DNA of 64,000 nt from Octopus bimaculoides (taxonomy: Eukaryota): assembly GCF_001194135.2 (NCBI RefSeq), contig NC_068990.1:88249971-88313970 (forward strand). Reading direction: 5' to 3'. Below are positions 1 through 13,727 of this stretch, in pieces; the stretch's first letter is position 1, and the number at the start of each line of letters is the position of its first letter. Position numbers and translations under genes: made by a program. The notes under the pieces were generated by a model that worked only from the letters and a program-made list of their open reading frames with translations, was not told the origin of the DNA and did not search any database.

Positions 1-407
1 TTAAAATCCTATGAAAGTACAGTACCAATATAATATGTCTTTAATTTTGTTACATACTTAAGGGCGTTTACTTCTTGATGCAAAGTAAAAAAATAAACTA
101 TAACAATTCGCAATGTAGAAGACTTAACAAATGTATAACAAAGGCTATAACCTTCAAAGATGTTGTTGTTTCTTAAGACTGTATTTTCAATACTACAACA
201 TGGATCCTTACATGATCTCAAAAATTAAATGCTTCTGAAAAATATACAATTTCAAAAGAAACATTAATTTTTATGGTTCAATATAAACTTCCAACTATAT
301 AAAAAATTTCGTATTTGCTATGGAATTCCTATGGATACTGTTAGTTATAATTATTCTTGTTGTTAAGAGTGAAGGATAGAGAAAATCATAAAAGCATCAA
401 ACAAAAT

Positions 408-1106
408 CATCATCATCATCCTCATCATTGTTTAGCATCTGCCTTCCACGCAGGTATGGGTTGGATGGTTTGACAGGAGCCAGCCAATTAGTAGACTACC
501 TCAGGCTACTGTGTCTGTTTTGGCAGGGTTTTTACAGTTGGATGCCGTTCCTAACACCAACCACTCTGCCAAGTGGACTGAGTGCTTTTTATGTGGCACC
601 AGCACAGGCAAGGTCAGTTTTGGGATGGTTTTTACAGTTGGATGCCCTTCTAAATGCCAACCACTTTACAGTGTGGACTAGATGCTTTTTATGTGGCACC
701 AGCACCAGCCAGGTCACCAAGTAACTTGCAAGACAAGGAATTTTGAGAGGAGAGGAAGCATTGGAGGAGGGGGATCTTGTGTCAGATAATGAAAGGTTAG
801 AGTGTGACAGAGAGGTAGAGATGGGTATCTTGCTATAGAGGGGGATGGGTATTGGAAAAGGAGATCTTGTGTCAGGTGATAAAAGGTTAGAATGTGTCAG
901 AGAAACAGAGGCAGAATCAGGTGCCTTGCCATAGAGAAGGTACAGGGTTACCCAGCCAGAGAGAGAGAAAGAGAGAGGAGAAAAGAGAGAAGGAGAGACA
1001 GGGAGAGGAAGAAAGAGAAAGAGAGAGGGGGAGAGGTAACAAGAAAGAGGATAGAAACAGATGTATAAAGGAGATACTTGGTCACCTAGTCAGAGGGAAA
1101 AGCAAA

Positions 1107-1142
<36 letters not shown>

Positions 1143-1217
1143 TCAAGAATGAGGGCAGAAACAGGTGTGCTGCTGTAGAGGAGATACGTGACTACCCAGC
1201 CAGAGGGACGAACAAGG
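408..1217 (-). mobile_element. RTE-related SINE/short element with (GAT)n tail plus GA-rich segment, inserted into an older SINE
   Basis: (CAT)n at 408 followed by the motif ggatgccgttcctaacaccaaccactct...tttatgtggcaccagcac, shared in reverse complement with 44390-44682, 46280-46503 and 49800-50186. Boundaries are approximate. Confidence 0.7.
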
Positions 1218-1435
1218 GATATTTGTTCAGGCTCTTTAACTTATGAGTTCAAATTCTGCTGATGTTAACTTTACCTCTCTGGAGTCAATAAATTAAAATT
1301 CCAGTGAAATGCAGGGATCAATTTAATTGATTAACAACTCCTACCTCAAAATTTTGACTAAATTTCTATGTTAGAAATGATTATTATTGTTGTTGTTATT
1401 ATTTTTCATTGATCTAAATTTCAATCTAATTCTAG

Positions 1436-1675
1436 ATGCTCTTATCCAATTTGTAAAAATAAAAGATGCAGTTCTGAGTGTAGCTGGGAAAACATTGGTG
1501 AATAAAAAAAATGTAACAGAAGATGCCTGTGCAGAACACTGTTTGTCTCATACAAGTTGCTTGTCATTTGAAATAACTAAAGGAAGTGGAAAATGTTACT
1601 TATCAAAGGAAAGTGCAGCTCTCTCTAAGAAAATAAAAACAGACAAAAGCAGGGATTATTACCAACGAGTAAAAC
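1436..1675 (+). CDS. Exon A1, PAN/apple-like type A
   Basis: tctag|AT acceptor, C|gtaatt donor, 240 nt. DALIQFVKIK...CAEHCLSHTSCLSFEITKGSGKCYLS...DYYQRVK (C-x3-C-x5-C-x11-C). Confidence 0.9.
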
Positions 1676-4600
1676 GTAATTATTTTTTGCCTTTTATTAC
1701 TGAAGTCTAGTTTCCTCTTTTTCTCAAAATTTGTGGCTACATATGTATATTTTATATGTAAAGACATTGATGTAAACACATTTCACTGGAATTTATTACT
1801 TATAATAAATTATCCATTTACAATTTATGCACCTGATACTTTAAAATATTTGATATATGCTAGAAAATATGTAAGTGGTGCTTGTGTGTGTGTGTTTGGA
1901 TGAGTATAAAAGGTATTTCTTGTTTTCTTTTTCTTTTTCCAGCTAATGAACACCCTGTTATATTTAAAAGAGTTACCATACCAAATCAAGATAATATTGG
2001 AAGGCTTAAAAACGTGAGCTTAACGATCTGTCATGAAGCTTGCCGTGCGTATCCAGATTGCAGAATTTATGAGTACAATGAAAAATCTAAATTCTGTGAC
2101 CTAAGCAATGTGACTCACTTGACTCATGATCTTAAACCATTTGTTGGAGACTGGGATGCGTACTTAATTCATCCAGGTCAGTAGAGTATTTCCATGTTAT
2201 TTGTAGTGTGCACATCAGTGTGTTCTTAAATTTTGCATATATGTATGTAGTATATATCTATATCTATATATATATATATATATATATATTATCTTTATCT
2301 TATGATATTTACTTTGTTTTATATTATACTCATTTATTGTGCTTTTAATTATTAATTTTTCTATATGTGATAGTGGATTTTCATCGATGAGTTCTTGAAA
2401 CTTGGTTATTTTCCCTAAAACTATATATTTTATATATATTTTATCTATAAAGCTCAATTTAATTTTAATTTTTTATAAATTGATTTTAATTGAGTTTTTA
2501 CCTGTAATTTTGGATTTTGTCTCTAATATTATTATTATTATTATATATANNNNNNNNNNNNNNNNNNNNNNNNNNNNNNNNNNNNNNNNNNNNNNNNNNN
2601 NNNNNNNNNNNNNNNNNNNNNTATATATATATATATATATATATGTATCATCCATCCACCACCATTTCAATTTAAATGTATATGAATTACTTCCCTGGCA
2701 ACTCATGTACTCCTCCTGTTGTGTGGGTAGGGATATATACTTCGGTTACTCTCTTCTTTATAGCATATACTTGTATACATGCATCTTTATGAGTGCAGTA
2801 TATATCTAAGTGTATGCTTATGTGACTGCATATATAAATATTTAAACATGATATTTTAACGTTGTTGTGTAACCACCCTATCCTCTCTTCTTGTTTAACC
2901 CACATGTCCTACATTCATACCTTCTTCATCTTTCTCCTTGTTGGCCCTTGCTCTTGATGTTGTATGGAATTGAGAAGATTGTTATTCATTGAATAAATTA
3001 TGTACCAAATCTCTATGTTAGCTGGTAAGTGTTTGCACATATCTGCTTTTCAAGTGCTGACAGAAGTTTCATGATTGCCTTCTTAATGTCACTCTCAAGT
3101 ATACAATTTCAAGGCTGCTACCATCAAAGTTGGTACAATAGCAGGAAGTACTGGTGAGATTATTGAAAGGCTGGAGCAATGCCATGTTGACATGCTTGGT
3201 ATGCAAGATGTAAGATGGAAGGGAATCTCTGCTAGATTTCTCACGAGTAAGAAACAGAGGTTCAAATTCTTCTGGGTAGGTAGGAGTGATAGAGTGAGTG
3301 ATATAGGCATACTTTTAGCAGAAAACTGGGTGCTTTTTTCTTCATGCCATCAGCACTATTTAGGTTGCTGGGTGACTCATAGGACTACGTACCCAGATGA
3401 AATGGGGATAATTTTCAAGTTAGGGGACAAATAATTAAAGTGGTGGTTGTGGTGATGATATATATATATACATACATTTGTTTCTACTTGTGTGCAAATT
3501 TCTTTACTGTTTCAGTTAATATTTTTTATTCTAAATTTGTCTGTTCATTCTCATCTTCTAACATATATTCACTTTTAATATCAGTTTCTCTTATCAATTC
3601 CAGTTTTCACAGAAATTAACTGTGGAGCACCAAAAGACATTGCTGGTGCATTGAAGTTCTACAGTAACACCAACTATAAATCTGAAGTGATTTATACTTG
3701 TCCAGGAGGAGAAAAACAAAAGTCAATTTGTGAAAAGGATAACCTATGGACTCCAGTAAGGTTTATCTGTGAAGGTAACATAAATAGTTTCTCTCTCTTG
3801 TTTCTGTCTATGAAATTATGTCTCACTTTTCTGCTAAATATATTTCTGAGTTGAAGAATTCATGTTTCCATGACAATTTCTATTGTGTTTACACTTGGTG
3901 GAAGGGAGAAAGGAAGCTATCCTCAGACCAGAGATCATCCAAATGCTTACAACACAGTTGACTCCATTGAATCTACCCAAAGACCAGGTAGTGCTATTAA
4001 ATGAGTGGATTAAGTCTGTCAAGCAAGAGATTGGAGTGTAGAAACTAGTTGTCTCCAACAGGCTTCCGCATAGTTTTCATCCACAAAGTTTAGCTTTGAA
4101 ACAAATTCTTAACCACATAAACAAAATTCTACCTGAAACCACATTGCTGTTAAGTAAACTTATACCCTCCACAGCTATACCTCATCTCATCGTGATAGAT
4201 TTTTCTCTTAATTTCTAACTTGGCTTTTCTCCTACTTTATGTCATCATCCAAATTCTTTATAATATAATGCTCCCAGTCTTACTTTATTAAAGCTTGACA
4301 ATCCTCTGAAACAGACTTCTGATACTCCTCTGATCTTCTGTTCTACCATCCTAATTTATAATTATCCTTTCTATAATAGGCACAAAGCCTGGAATTTTGG
4401 AGTAGGGATTGGTTAATTACATTGATCATATTACTCAACTGGTACTTATTTTATCAACCCTTAAAGGATGAAAGGCAAAGTTAATCTAGGTGGAATTTGA
4501 ATCTAGACCATAAAGATGGACAAAATGTTGCTACACATTTTGTTTAGTGTACTAATGATTCAGCCAAGCTCACCACCTTATCCTAAATTATAATAATACC

Positions 4601-7600
4601 AATAATAATAATAATGTTTTCTGATTTGGCAAAAACCCCAACATTTTTGAGAGAAAATTTTCCGTCATCAATTACAGTACTTATCAACTCCAGAACTTGA
4701 CTTATTTTATGTTATTAACCCTTGCAAGGCTGAAAGGTAACAGTGACATTGACTGCTTTTGAACTGAAAACATGAAGAGCCTGAATTGCATGCCATAAAG
4801 CATTTCTTGCAATGCTCTACTTAGCATACATGTAAAAAAAAAAAGATGCAGGTGTTGATGCAATCCTCTTGAATATAGAAGGCCTACTATCTAGGCCCAA
4901 TGGAAGAACTCCATCCTGACCTTCAAGAACACATGTCCTCTCAGTTAGTGTTCTCTTACCTATAGGTCTATGCACTGTTTTTCCTATCTATTCTTGATCT
5001 ATTTTACCACTTTCACTTTCCTCATGGCATGACATTTTCTCACAGAATATTAGACATGAATGACACAGCATGTTTGACAGGAACATTTTATTACTGTCAA
5101 AGCAAAGTGTTACAAACAGATACTCTCTCTCTTCTCTCTCTCTTTCACACACATGCACACACATACATACATACTTATGTACACACACACATACATGCAT
5201 ACATACATATATGTAAAATGGGTTTATTTCAGTTTTTTCCATCAAATTCATTCACAAGACTTTGGTCGGTCCAAAGTTATAGTAAATGACACTTGCCCTA
5301 GGTGCAACTCAGTTGGACTGAACCTAAAACCTTGTGGTTGGGAAGTAAACATGTTACTACTGGCCATGTCTGCAGCATTCAATTTTTATTTCTACTAAAA
5401 GAACAATGAGGGTTGGGGTGGGGTCACTTTCTTCATGGAAAACAATTAGTAAAGTTGCTAATTATTGAACAAGGATTTATGATTAATAAACTTGTATTAA
5501 CGTAAGATACAGAAATAAATTTTTTATTCTCAAATGTGTGATGATGCTAATGGAATAGCGTGAACAGGATAAATTATCCATACATTGCAGAAAAATACAT
5601 TACCGGCCAGTCATTTACCACTCAATGGGTGGCAAAATTATGCTAATGACTTATTCCAGTTATTGATATACAGAAGAAACATCCTTGTCACAAATAATCA
5701 CTTTCCCTTTGTATCTCACTAATAGTATTTTTTTTTTTTTTTTTGATGAATAAAATTCCTTAGCTTGGTGAAGTAAGTTATGAATGTCAACATTTACTAC
5801 ATATTTATATTAATTCACTAAATGATAATGAAAGTGAAATTATTTTACTTCTCCAAGACAAAACTTGCAAAATAGTGAAATGATGAGTCTTGTCATGACT
5901 ACTCATATTTAGTTACATCTTTTTACATTTTGGGTTCAAATGCCACCTGGATGTACTTCACCTTTCACATTTCTGAGGTTGATAAAATAAGCATTAGTCA
6001 TGGCTGTGATTGATTTATTCATATGCATTCTCATCACAGAATGTGTGGCTTTCTGTTTAAGTTAGAAACTATTATAATAGTTGTTGGTAAATCAACAATA
6101 ATTATAATTATCCTTGTTGTTAAGGGTGATGGACTGACAAACTCATTAGAGCATCAGACAAAATGTACTGTGATATTTTTCCAGCTTTTTAACTTGAGTT
6201 CCAATCCTATTGATGTTAACTTTGCTTTTCCAGAGCCAATAAATCAAAATGCCAGTCAATTTTATCAACCTACTTCAAAGTTTTTGTTCTTATTATTTGT
6301 TATAAAAATATTATTCTTACTATTTTTCATTGCTCTAAATTTTATTTAGTTCCAGAAACTAAGAATGAATTTGTGAAAATAAAAGGTGCAGTACTGGATG
6401 TGTTAGGGAAAACACTGATCAAAAAAAAAACTGTAACTGCAGAAGCCTGTGCAGAAAAATGTTTGTCTGAGGAAAATTGTTTATCATTTGAAATAACTAA
6501 AGAAGGTGGAAAATGTTACTTATCAAAGAAAAGTGCAACTTTCTCCAAGAAAATAAAATCAGACAAAAGCAGAGATTACTACCAACGAGTAAAACGTGAT
6601 TATTTTTTTGTAGTTTATTATTGAATTTTTTCTTTTTTTTCTGAAATTTGTGATTCCATTTGTACTTCATAATATATAAACAACCATTTCTGTAAAGACA
6701 TTGGCAGGTTTACCTATAAGGGCAGACATAAACAAGTTTCAGCAATAAGGAATATTAGGAACTGTAAATATTGTTAGAGCATTAGAGCATTCTCATACAG
6801 CATTTGTTCACCTTAAACATATTTGTGCATATTTTCTGTTTTTCTTCTCTTTATCTACGAAAGGAAATCCTTGTATTTCTTAAACCTGAATAGTAGTAGC
6901 AGTAGTAGTAGCAGCTAGTAGTAGCAGTAGTAGTAGCAGGTGTTAGTAAGTATACAAGTAAATGTGCCTGTTGACTCGAGAAGGCTAACTGGGAGAGAAT
7001 ACTTACTTTAGTGGTAAGGGTAGCTATGGTTTTGTAGGATTTCCAAGAGTAACCATTTGAGGTCTCCCATCCAGTGGAGAATTTATATTCTTTGTTTAAA
7101 ATTTTGGTATTTTTTCTTTTTTGTTGTATAGTTTACATGCACTTTTATGTCATTCCTTGTTATATCCATGTGCAGACAGGATGCCGGATTCACTTTTACT
7201 GAAAGACAAGAAGCCAAACAGACACAATGCCAAACAGACACAATGCCAAACAGACACAATGCCAAACAGACATAAAGCTGAATGGACACAATAATAATAA
7301 AAAAAAACATCCTTACCTACATAGTTTAATGACCAATTCACCAATTTGGCACTTAAGATTTAATATGATTAAATTTGTCGTTCTGGCATCTTGTCTGTTT
7401 GGCATTGTGTCCATTCAGCTTCTTGTCCTTCGGCAAAAGTGCATTTGATATCCTGTCTGTATACTGTTATATCTCACTCTATTGTCCCCAAAGTTCTTGA
7501 CTACTCTTAGCGATTTATAAAAAACTTTGTTTTTATTATTATTTTATGGGTATTTTTCAAATATATAATTATGTAGAGGTACCATGTAAATGAAATTTTG

Positions 7601-9995
7601 AATAAAATATGAGTAAGACATTTGGTGCATTGTTATCGAAATGGACGATTTATTATAGTAGCAAGATCAATCCACAAAATAATTTTTCAACATAAGACAT
7701 CCTTCTCAGAATTACATCATAAGACATACTCAAAGCTTAGCCTAAATATTTCAGTTTTAGGTAATCCATATAGACATTCTTCTGATGATACACTTTCGTT
7801 TAAAATTGCATGGTCATAACAATAGACATCTTGGTTGACCACTGGTTAAGGAGAGTTTTCACCCTACAAAAACACACTATCAAGTTAAGGATGTACAAAT
7901 GGATTATCTGCAGATATAGATATAAGTCTGAAAATAAACCTCAAGATGTTCTACAACTCATGAATTCTAACTAGGATATCAGTTTATGAAATAGTTATTT
8001 GTGGTATTATTCAGTTTCCTTATACAAAACCATGCAACACAAGCTTTATAACATTTATTGTGTGTGTGTGTGTGTCTATGTGTGCGCATGCGTGTATGTA
8101 TGTGTGTGTGTGTGCGCGCATGCGTCTGATTTTAAAATACATTTCATGTCTTTTCTTGTTTTTTGCAGCCAATGATAAGCATTTAATGTTTAAAAGCATT
8201 AGCATACCAAAGCAGGATGTTTTTGAACAGCTTAAGAATGTTGATGTAAAGAAATGCAATAAAACTTGCCTTCTATCTCCAGAATGTAATTCTTACTTGT
8301 ACAATGAAAAAGCTAAATCATGTTTTCTGAGTAATGTTACTCAATTCACTGGTAAACTTGAACCCAACAGTGGAAATTGGGATGTATACATAAATAATCC
8401 AGGTCAGTAGAGTGTTTCTACCGTATTTATTGTGTGCATATCTTTGTGTGTATTTATATATGTATGTGTGTGTGTGTGTGTAAGGACTTCAATGCTGCAT
8501 AGTAGTAAGATGTGGGCCTTGAATGTAGTGGGTATGATAAGACTGGAAAGAAATGAATCAAGCATGCTCTGTTGAACTTGTGATGTAAGTGATCAGGAAC
8601 AGCATTGTATGTATATCTAAGTAAAAAACTGGGTATAAGAGAAAACAAATGTTGTGTGCAAGAGAGAAGACAGCACTGGTATAGTTGTACAATGCACTTA
8701 GATGAGGACAGTTGTATAGAGAAGTGCCGATCACTAAATATAGCAGAAACTTGTGAGTGAGGAACACATAGGAAGACATAAGAGGCTAACTTCGGAACGC
8801 TGAACAGGATAAAACAAAGATCTGGGATGTTTGGTCATATGTGCTTCTTGAGAACACATGCCCATTACAGCAAAACTGACATTTGGAAGCACAGTGTATG
8901 TATATACCATTGTCCAAAAAATCTTTTTCAACCATGGCCTAAAAGGGGTTAACTTCTTGGACCTTAATCAGGACCTTAAAACACTATAAACCCAATGAAT
9001 AACTGCACTATATCAATAGATCCTCCTGTCACCCTAAATCTATTGTTAATAGTCTAGTAAAAATATATCGCATCACATGGTCAAAGAACAGATCTTCCTA
9101 AATAATATCCAATATTGTAATGAGGTCCTGGCTAGTAGTGGCTTCAGGAAAGCATCATGTATTACACGAATATCCCCCTAAAGTCCTCTATTCAGGACCC
9201 CTCTCCAATAATAACTTCACCAAGCTGTATCTTGTAACACTGTCTCATGCAGGATATAGTTGTACACTCCATTGATGAGAGACACAAGGAATTACTAACT
9301 GTCAGAGCATGTGACTCAATGGACATGCCATCTACCAGTCTTGATGGACATGTAGACAGACATCCCAGGAATGACATCGACTGATAAGCATGCTGATATT
9401 AAAGTTACTGCTTGATGGGAGGACAGAGTTGTCTAATACAAGGCCAGTTACCACAGTATATATGCTAATGGCTATTGTAGCAGCAGTTGAACTGGAAATC
9501 AGATTAACAGGCCACCTGTTCTTATGCAATCAATTGCCAATGCTGGTGGTAACCCAGTAACATCTTATGTCCAATCCATCCAGTATCACCTTTGTCCAGT
9601 ACCCCTACTATCCCTTCTAGGATAAGTAAAAAAGGATGGTTTTTTGGTATAACTTCTTATTGAGTTGCTTTGTACCCAGCTAGAACTCTAAATATTGTAG
9701 TGAGATCTCTGACCCTTATGGTATTCATGGCACCATTCCCTGCTAACCATAATAAACCCTCTACTGATGACTCACCCTTAATACATGCTATCCTACTGGA
9801 CCAGAGATACTACCATCAACCATTACTAGGGACCACAAAAGAGCTGAAGTCAATCCACACTCCACTGACTTGAATGAAAGCAGACCACTGAAATTAGTTG
9901 TATTTTTAATAAAATATGTATATGTACATACATATACATATAAATAAAGACATCATCATTAATAAATAATAATAATAATAATAATAATAATAATC

Positions 9996-10039
<44 letters not shown>

Positions 10040-13000
10040 CATAATAATAATCATAATAATAATAATAATAATAATAATAATATAAGTGGCCAGCAAGCAT
10101 GAAAGCCAAAATGGTACAAAGGAAATTGTCAAGGTTTTATAATAAAACACATCAAATAGGAATAAATATCTGTCAAATTTAAGGCATAAAACGTCAATTA
10201 GGGAGATAGTATCTGTAGATAAGGAAAAGGAAACATATATAATGAAAGTGTGATTAGCTAGTAAAGGAAAAAGAACGTGCAAGAATATAAGGAAAAAAAG
10301 CCACATCACTTAACTTAACGAGGAAACTTGGTTGACTCCCACTTTTGTCTCTTAAACGTAACTGATTTTAATTCTTAGTCCAATATTTCATAGATTTTTA
10401 TGTATTATAAATTCTCCCTGTATATGTATATATGTATGTATATATATATATGTATATTTCTTCAATTTATTTCACTCTATTTTTTATTATAACATTGTCA
10501 TTATCTACTCATTCTCACTCTCCTCCTAACATAGACACATCATCAATATCAATTACTCTTATCAATTTCAGTTTACACAGAAATCGACTGTGGAACTCCA
10601 AAAGACATTGCTGGTACATTGAAGGTGTACAAAACTACCGTCTATAAAGCTAAAGTGACCTATGTTTGCCCAGATGGAGAGCAACTAAAGTCAATATGTG
10701 AAAAGGATAACAAATGGACTTCTGTAGCATCCACTTGTAAAGGTAACATCAATAGATTTCCTCTTATCGTTTCTGTCTATGTAATTTTATTTTATTTTTG
10801 TGCTAAATGCCTTTGTCAGAGGAAGTCTGGCTAATTCCATGACAATTTCCGTGGTGCTTGTGGCTGGATGGAGTAGAGAGGAAAATATTGTCAGACCACA
10901 ATCTTCTGCAAATGCAGACAGAGTGGACATCATTAATTCTAGCCAAGAGCCAGGTATTAAATTGGGTGATGGATTAAGTCTGACAACTAAGAATTTGAAT
11001 TGTGGAAGTTTGTTCCTTCCAGTAGGTTTCTGCATAGTCTAATTATTTTTCCAATCTTCCTTCCTTAAATGCTGCTGCTTCTGCTGCTGCTGCATGATGG
11101 TGGTGGTTTTTAATTTATTCACAAGAACAGAAAATTTTCATGAGAGGGGTTTAAGTCTTTACCATAGACTTCAGTACTTGAATGGTACTTCATTTTATTG
11201 ACCTCAGAATGGATAAAATGGAAAGTTGACTTTGCTGCATTTTAACTAAGAACATAGAGAGCCTAAATATATAATGCAAAGGATTTCTTCCCATTTTACC
11301 CTATAAGTCATCTTGGACATACCAGATTTGTGAGTTACTTGATTTAAATTTAGTGCTCCATCCTGGTTTGTGATGAATTCTTTACAATTAGTGAAGATTC
11401 CAAGCTGAAATATGGTTAAGTTTCAGTGGAGTAAATATTACTTGGTATTAGGCAATTTTAACTATTTTTCCAGTTATTACCTTTTAAATTGGGATGTGTC
11501 TAATGCATCACACCATCCTATAAGCCTTGAAATATCGTATATATTTGTGCATATATGTACATGTATGTTTATATTCATATCTGTGTGCTGACTTCTTCAC
11601 TTTTTTTCATTCTGTATACTTTATTGTTTGTTTGTCTTTGTCTTCTTATTCTCATCCTCCTCCTAGTATAGATGAACTATTGGTATCACACTGGTATCGA
11701 TTTTTGTTTTCATTTTCAGCTTATGAAAAAATTAACTGTGGAACTCCAAAGGATGTTGTTGGTGCATTGATGTCCTATGAAACCACCACCTATAAATCTA
11801 AAGTGACCTATATTTGCCCAAAGGGAGTAAAATTAAAGTCAGCATGTAGAAAGGACAACAAATGGACTCCAGTGCCTTCTACTTGTAAAGGTAATGTGAA
11901 TAGCTTCTCTCTTCTTGTCTCTGTCCCAATAATTTTGTTTTAATTTTGTGCTAAATGTCTTTGCTAGAGAAAGACTGGCTGATTTTGGGATAATGATAAT
12001 TTCTATGGCATTTGTGGCTGGTAGGAGGGAGAGTGGGAGGTATTTTCAGCTCAGGGACCTACCTAAATGCTTACAACTTGTCTCCAGTTGGCTTCCATCA
12101 AATTTTATCAACAGGGCTTAGCTGTGAAGCAAATTAAACAACACAAACAAAACTCCGTAACTCCATCTGAAATCACATTATTGTTAAGTAAACTTATTGC
12201 ATCCACAGCTCATCTGGGTAGCTTTTCTGTTAATTTCTAATCTGACTTTTCTCACTTGAACATTGTGTCATTCTCCAAGATTCTGTACAATATAATGCCT
12301 GTGTCCTTCTTTATAAATACTCAGTAATCCTCTGAAACAGACATCTGATGCTCTTGCTGCCTTCCAATCCATCACCTTTAATAATAATAATAATGATGAC
12401 TAATATTATTATTCATTTATTCCCTTACCAGCTATTATCATTGTCTCAGCTCCATTCCCCAGCATAGAAATGCAACACTTTTCTCAACACGGGTGTTCCA
12501 TGTATTTCTGCCAGCATTTATACTAAAAGAATGAGGGCAAAAATACTCTGGATAATTCCCTGCATAGAAATAGGAAAGTGGCTACTAATTGAAGCAAGAT
12601 ATAACTGATTTAAATTTCATCCTCAGAGGGTGGCAAGATAACCACATAAAGATAAACACTTTTTTTTTTCATAACTAACCACATAACTAACCATATAAGT
12701 TAAATCCTTTTACGTTCTATATTCCAATCCCAACAGGTTGTATTTTGCCTCACATATTTCTGAAGGCTATTAAAAAAGCACTAATCAAGTACTGAGGTTC
12801 ATTTATTTTTATCTATCCTTGCTGCAGAATCTGTGGCCCTGTGCTTAATTTAGGAACCATTATCATTAATATTGGTAACATCAACAATAATTATAATTAA
12901 TGTTGTCATTAAGGATGATGGAGTGACAGAACCTTTAGAGCATGAGACAAAATATGTTGAGATATTTGTTCTTGCTCTTTAACTTCTAAGTTCAAATCCT

Positions 13001-13506
13001 GCTGATGTCAACTTTGTCGTTCCAGAGCAATTAAAATACAATGCCAGTGAAGTGCAGGAAACAATTTATTTGACAAACTCCTAACTTAAAGTTTTGGCCT
13101 TATTACTATGTTAGAAATTAATATTATTGTTATTTTTCATTGGCCTAAATTTTACATTAACTTTTAGATCCTCAGATCCATTTTATGGAACTAAAAGGTT
13201 CGGTTCTGGATGTATCTGGAAAAATATTGTGGCCTACGCAAAATGTAACAACTGGAGCCTGTGCAGAAAAATGTTTGTCTGACAAAACTTGTTTATCATT
13301 TGAAATAAATCGCAGAAGTAGAAAATGTTACTTATCAAAGAATACTGCAGCTTCCGCCAAGAAATTAAAGGGAGACAAAGACAGAGATTACTACCAACGA
13401 GTAAAATGTAATTATTCTTTGTATTATATTATTGGATTTTCTTTACCTCATATTCTGAAATTTGTATTTTCATTTGTACTGAAACAAGCCAGTAAGAATC
13501 TGATAT

Positions 13507-13544
<38 letters not shown>

Positions 13545-13666
13545 GTAGTAATTATGTAGATATTTAGCTCACTCTGGTTCACGTTAACATCCAGAAACTT
13601 AGACAACTGCAGCAGTTTCTAAAATTCACTGAGCAATAGTCATTAAGTATATATATNNNNNNNNNN

Positions 13667-13727
<61 letters not shown>

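Noticed and set aside
60-180. Possible extra PAN-like exon near the window start (NNSQCRRLNKC)
   Set aside because: The frame is short and bounded by stops, has only two Cys, and has no matching AG/GT or similarity to A, B or C.
1387-1435. Hydrophobic, signal-peptide-like N-termini on ORF-track entries for A exons (MLLLLFFIDL..., also 28440, 33765, 63550), and a real in-frame ATG at 40065 (MIVIVFVFYICL...)
   Set aside because: These are translations of the T-rich SINE tail and polypyrimidine tract. Most start at TTG, and a phase-1 AG lies at the homologous position in all 11 copies. The ATG occurs in only one unit and is probably chance.
1669-1674. Alternative A-exon donor CGA|GTAAAA
   Set aside because: It is phase 0, which is incompatible with the B acceptors, and it is mutated to ATA in A4, A5 and A8. 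The downstream GT is kept in all 11 copies.
7061-7073. 13-nt match (ggtctcccatcca) to the reverse complement of the 5S rRNA internal promoter region
   Set aside because: It is too short and the flanks do not resemble 5S rRNA, so no rRNA gene is called.
7213-7272. CRISPR-like appearance of short direct repeats
   Set aside because: The 16-mers are head-to-tail with no spacers, the DNA is eukaryotic, and there are no cas genes.
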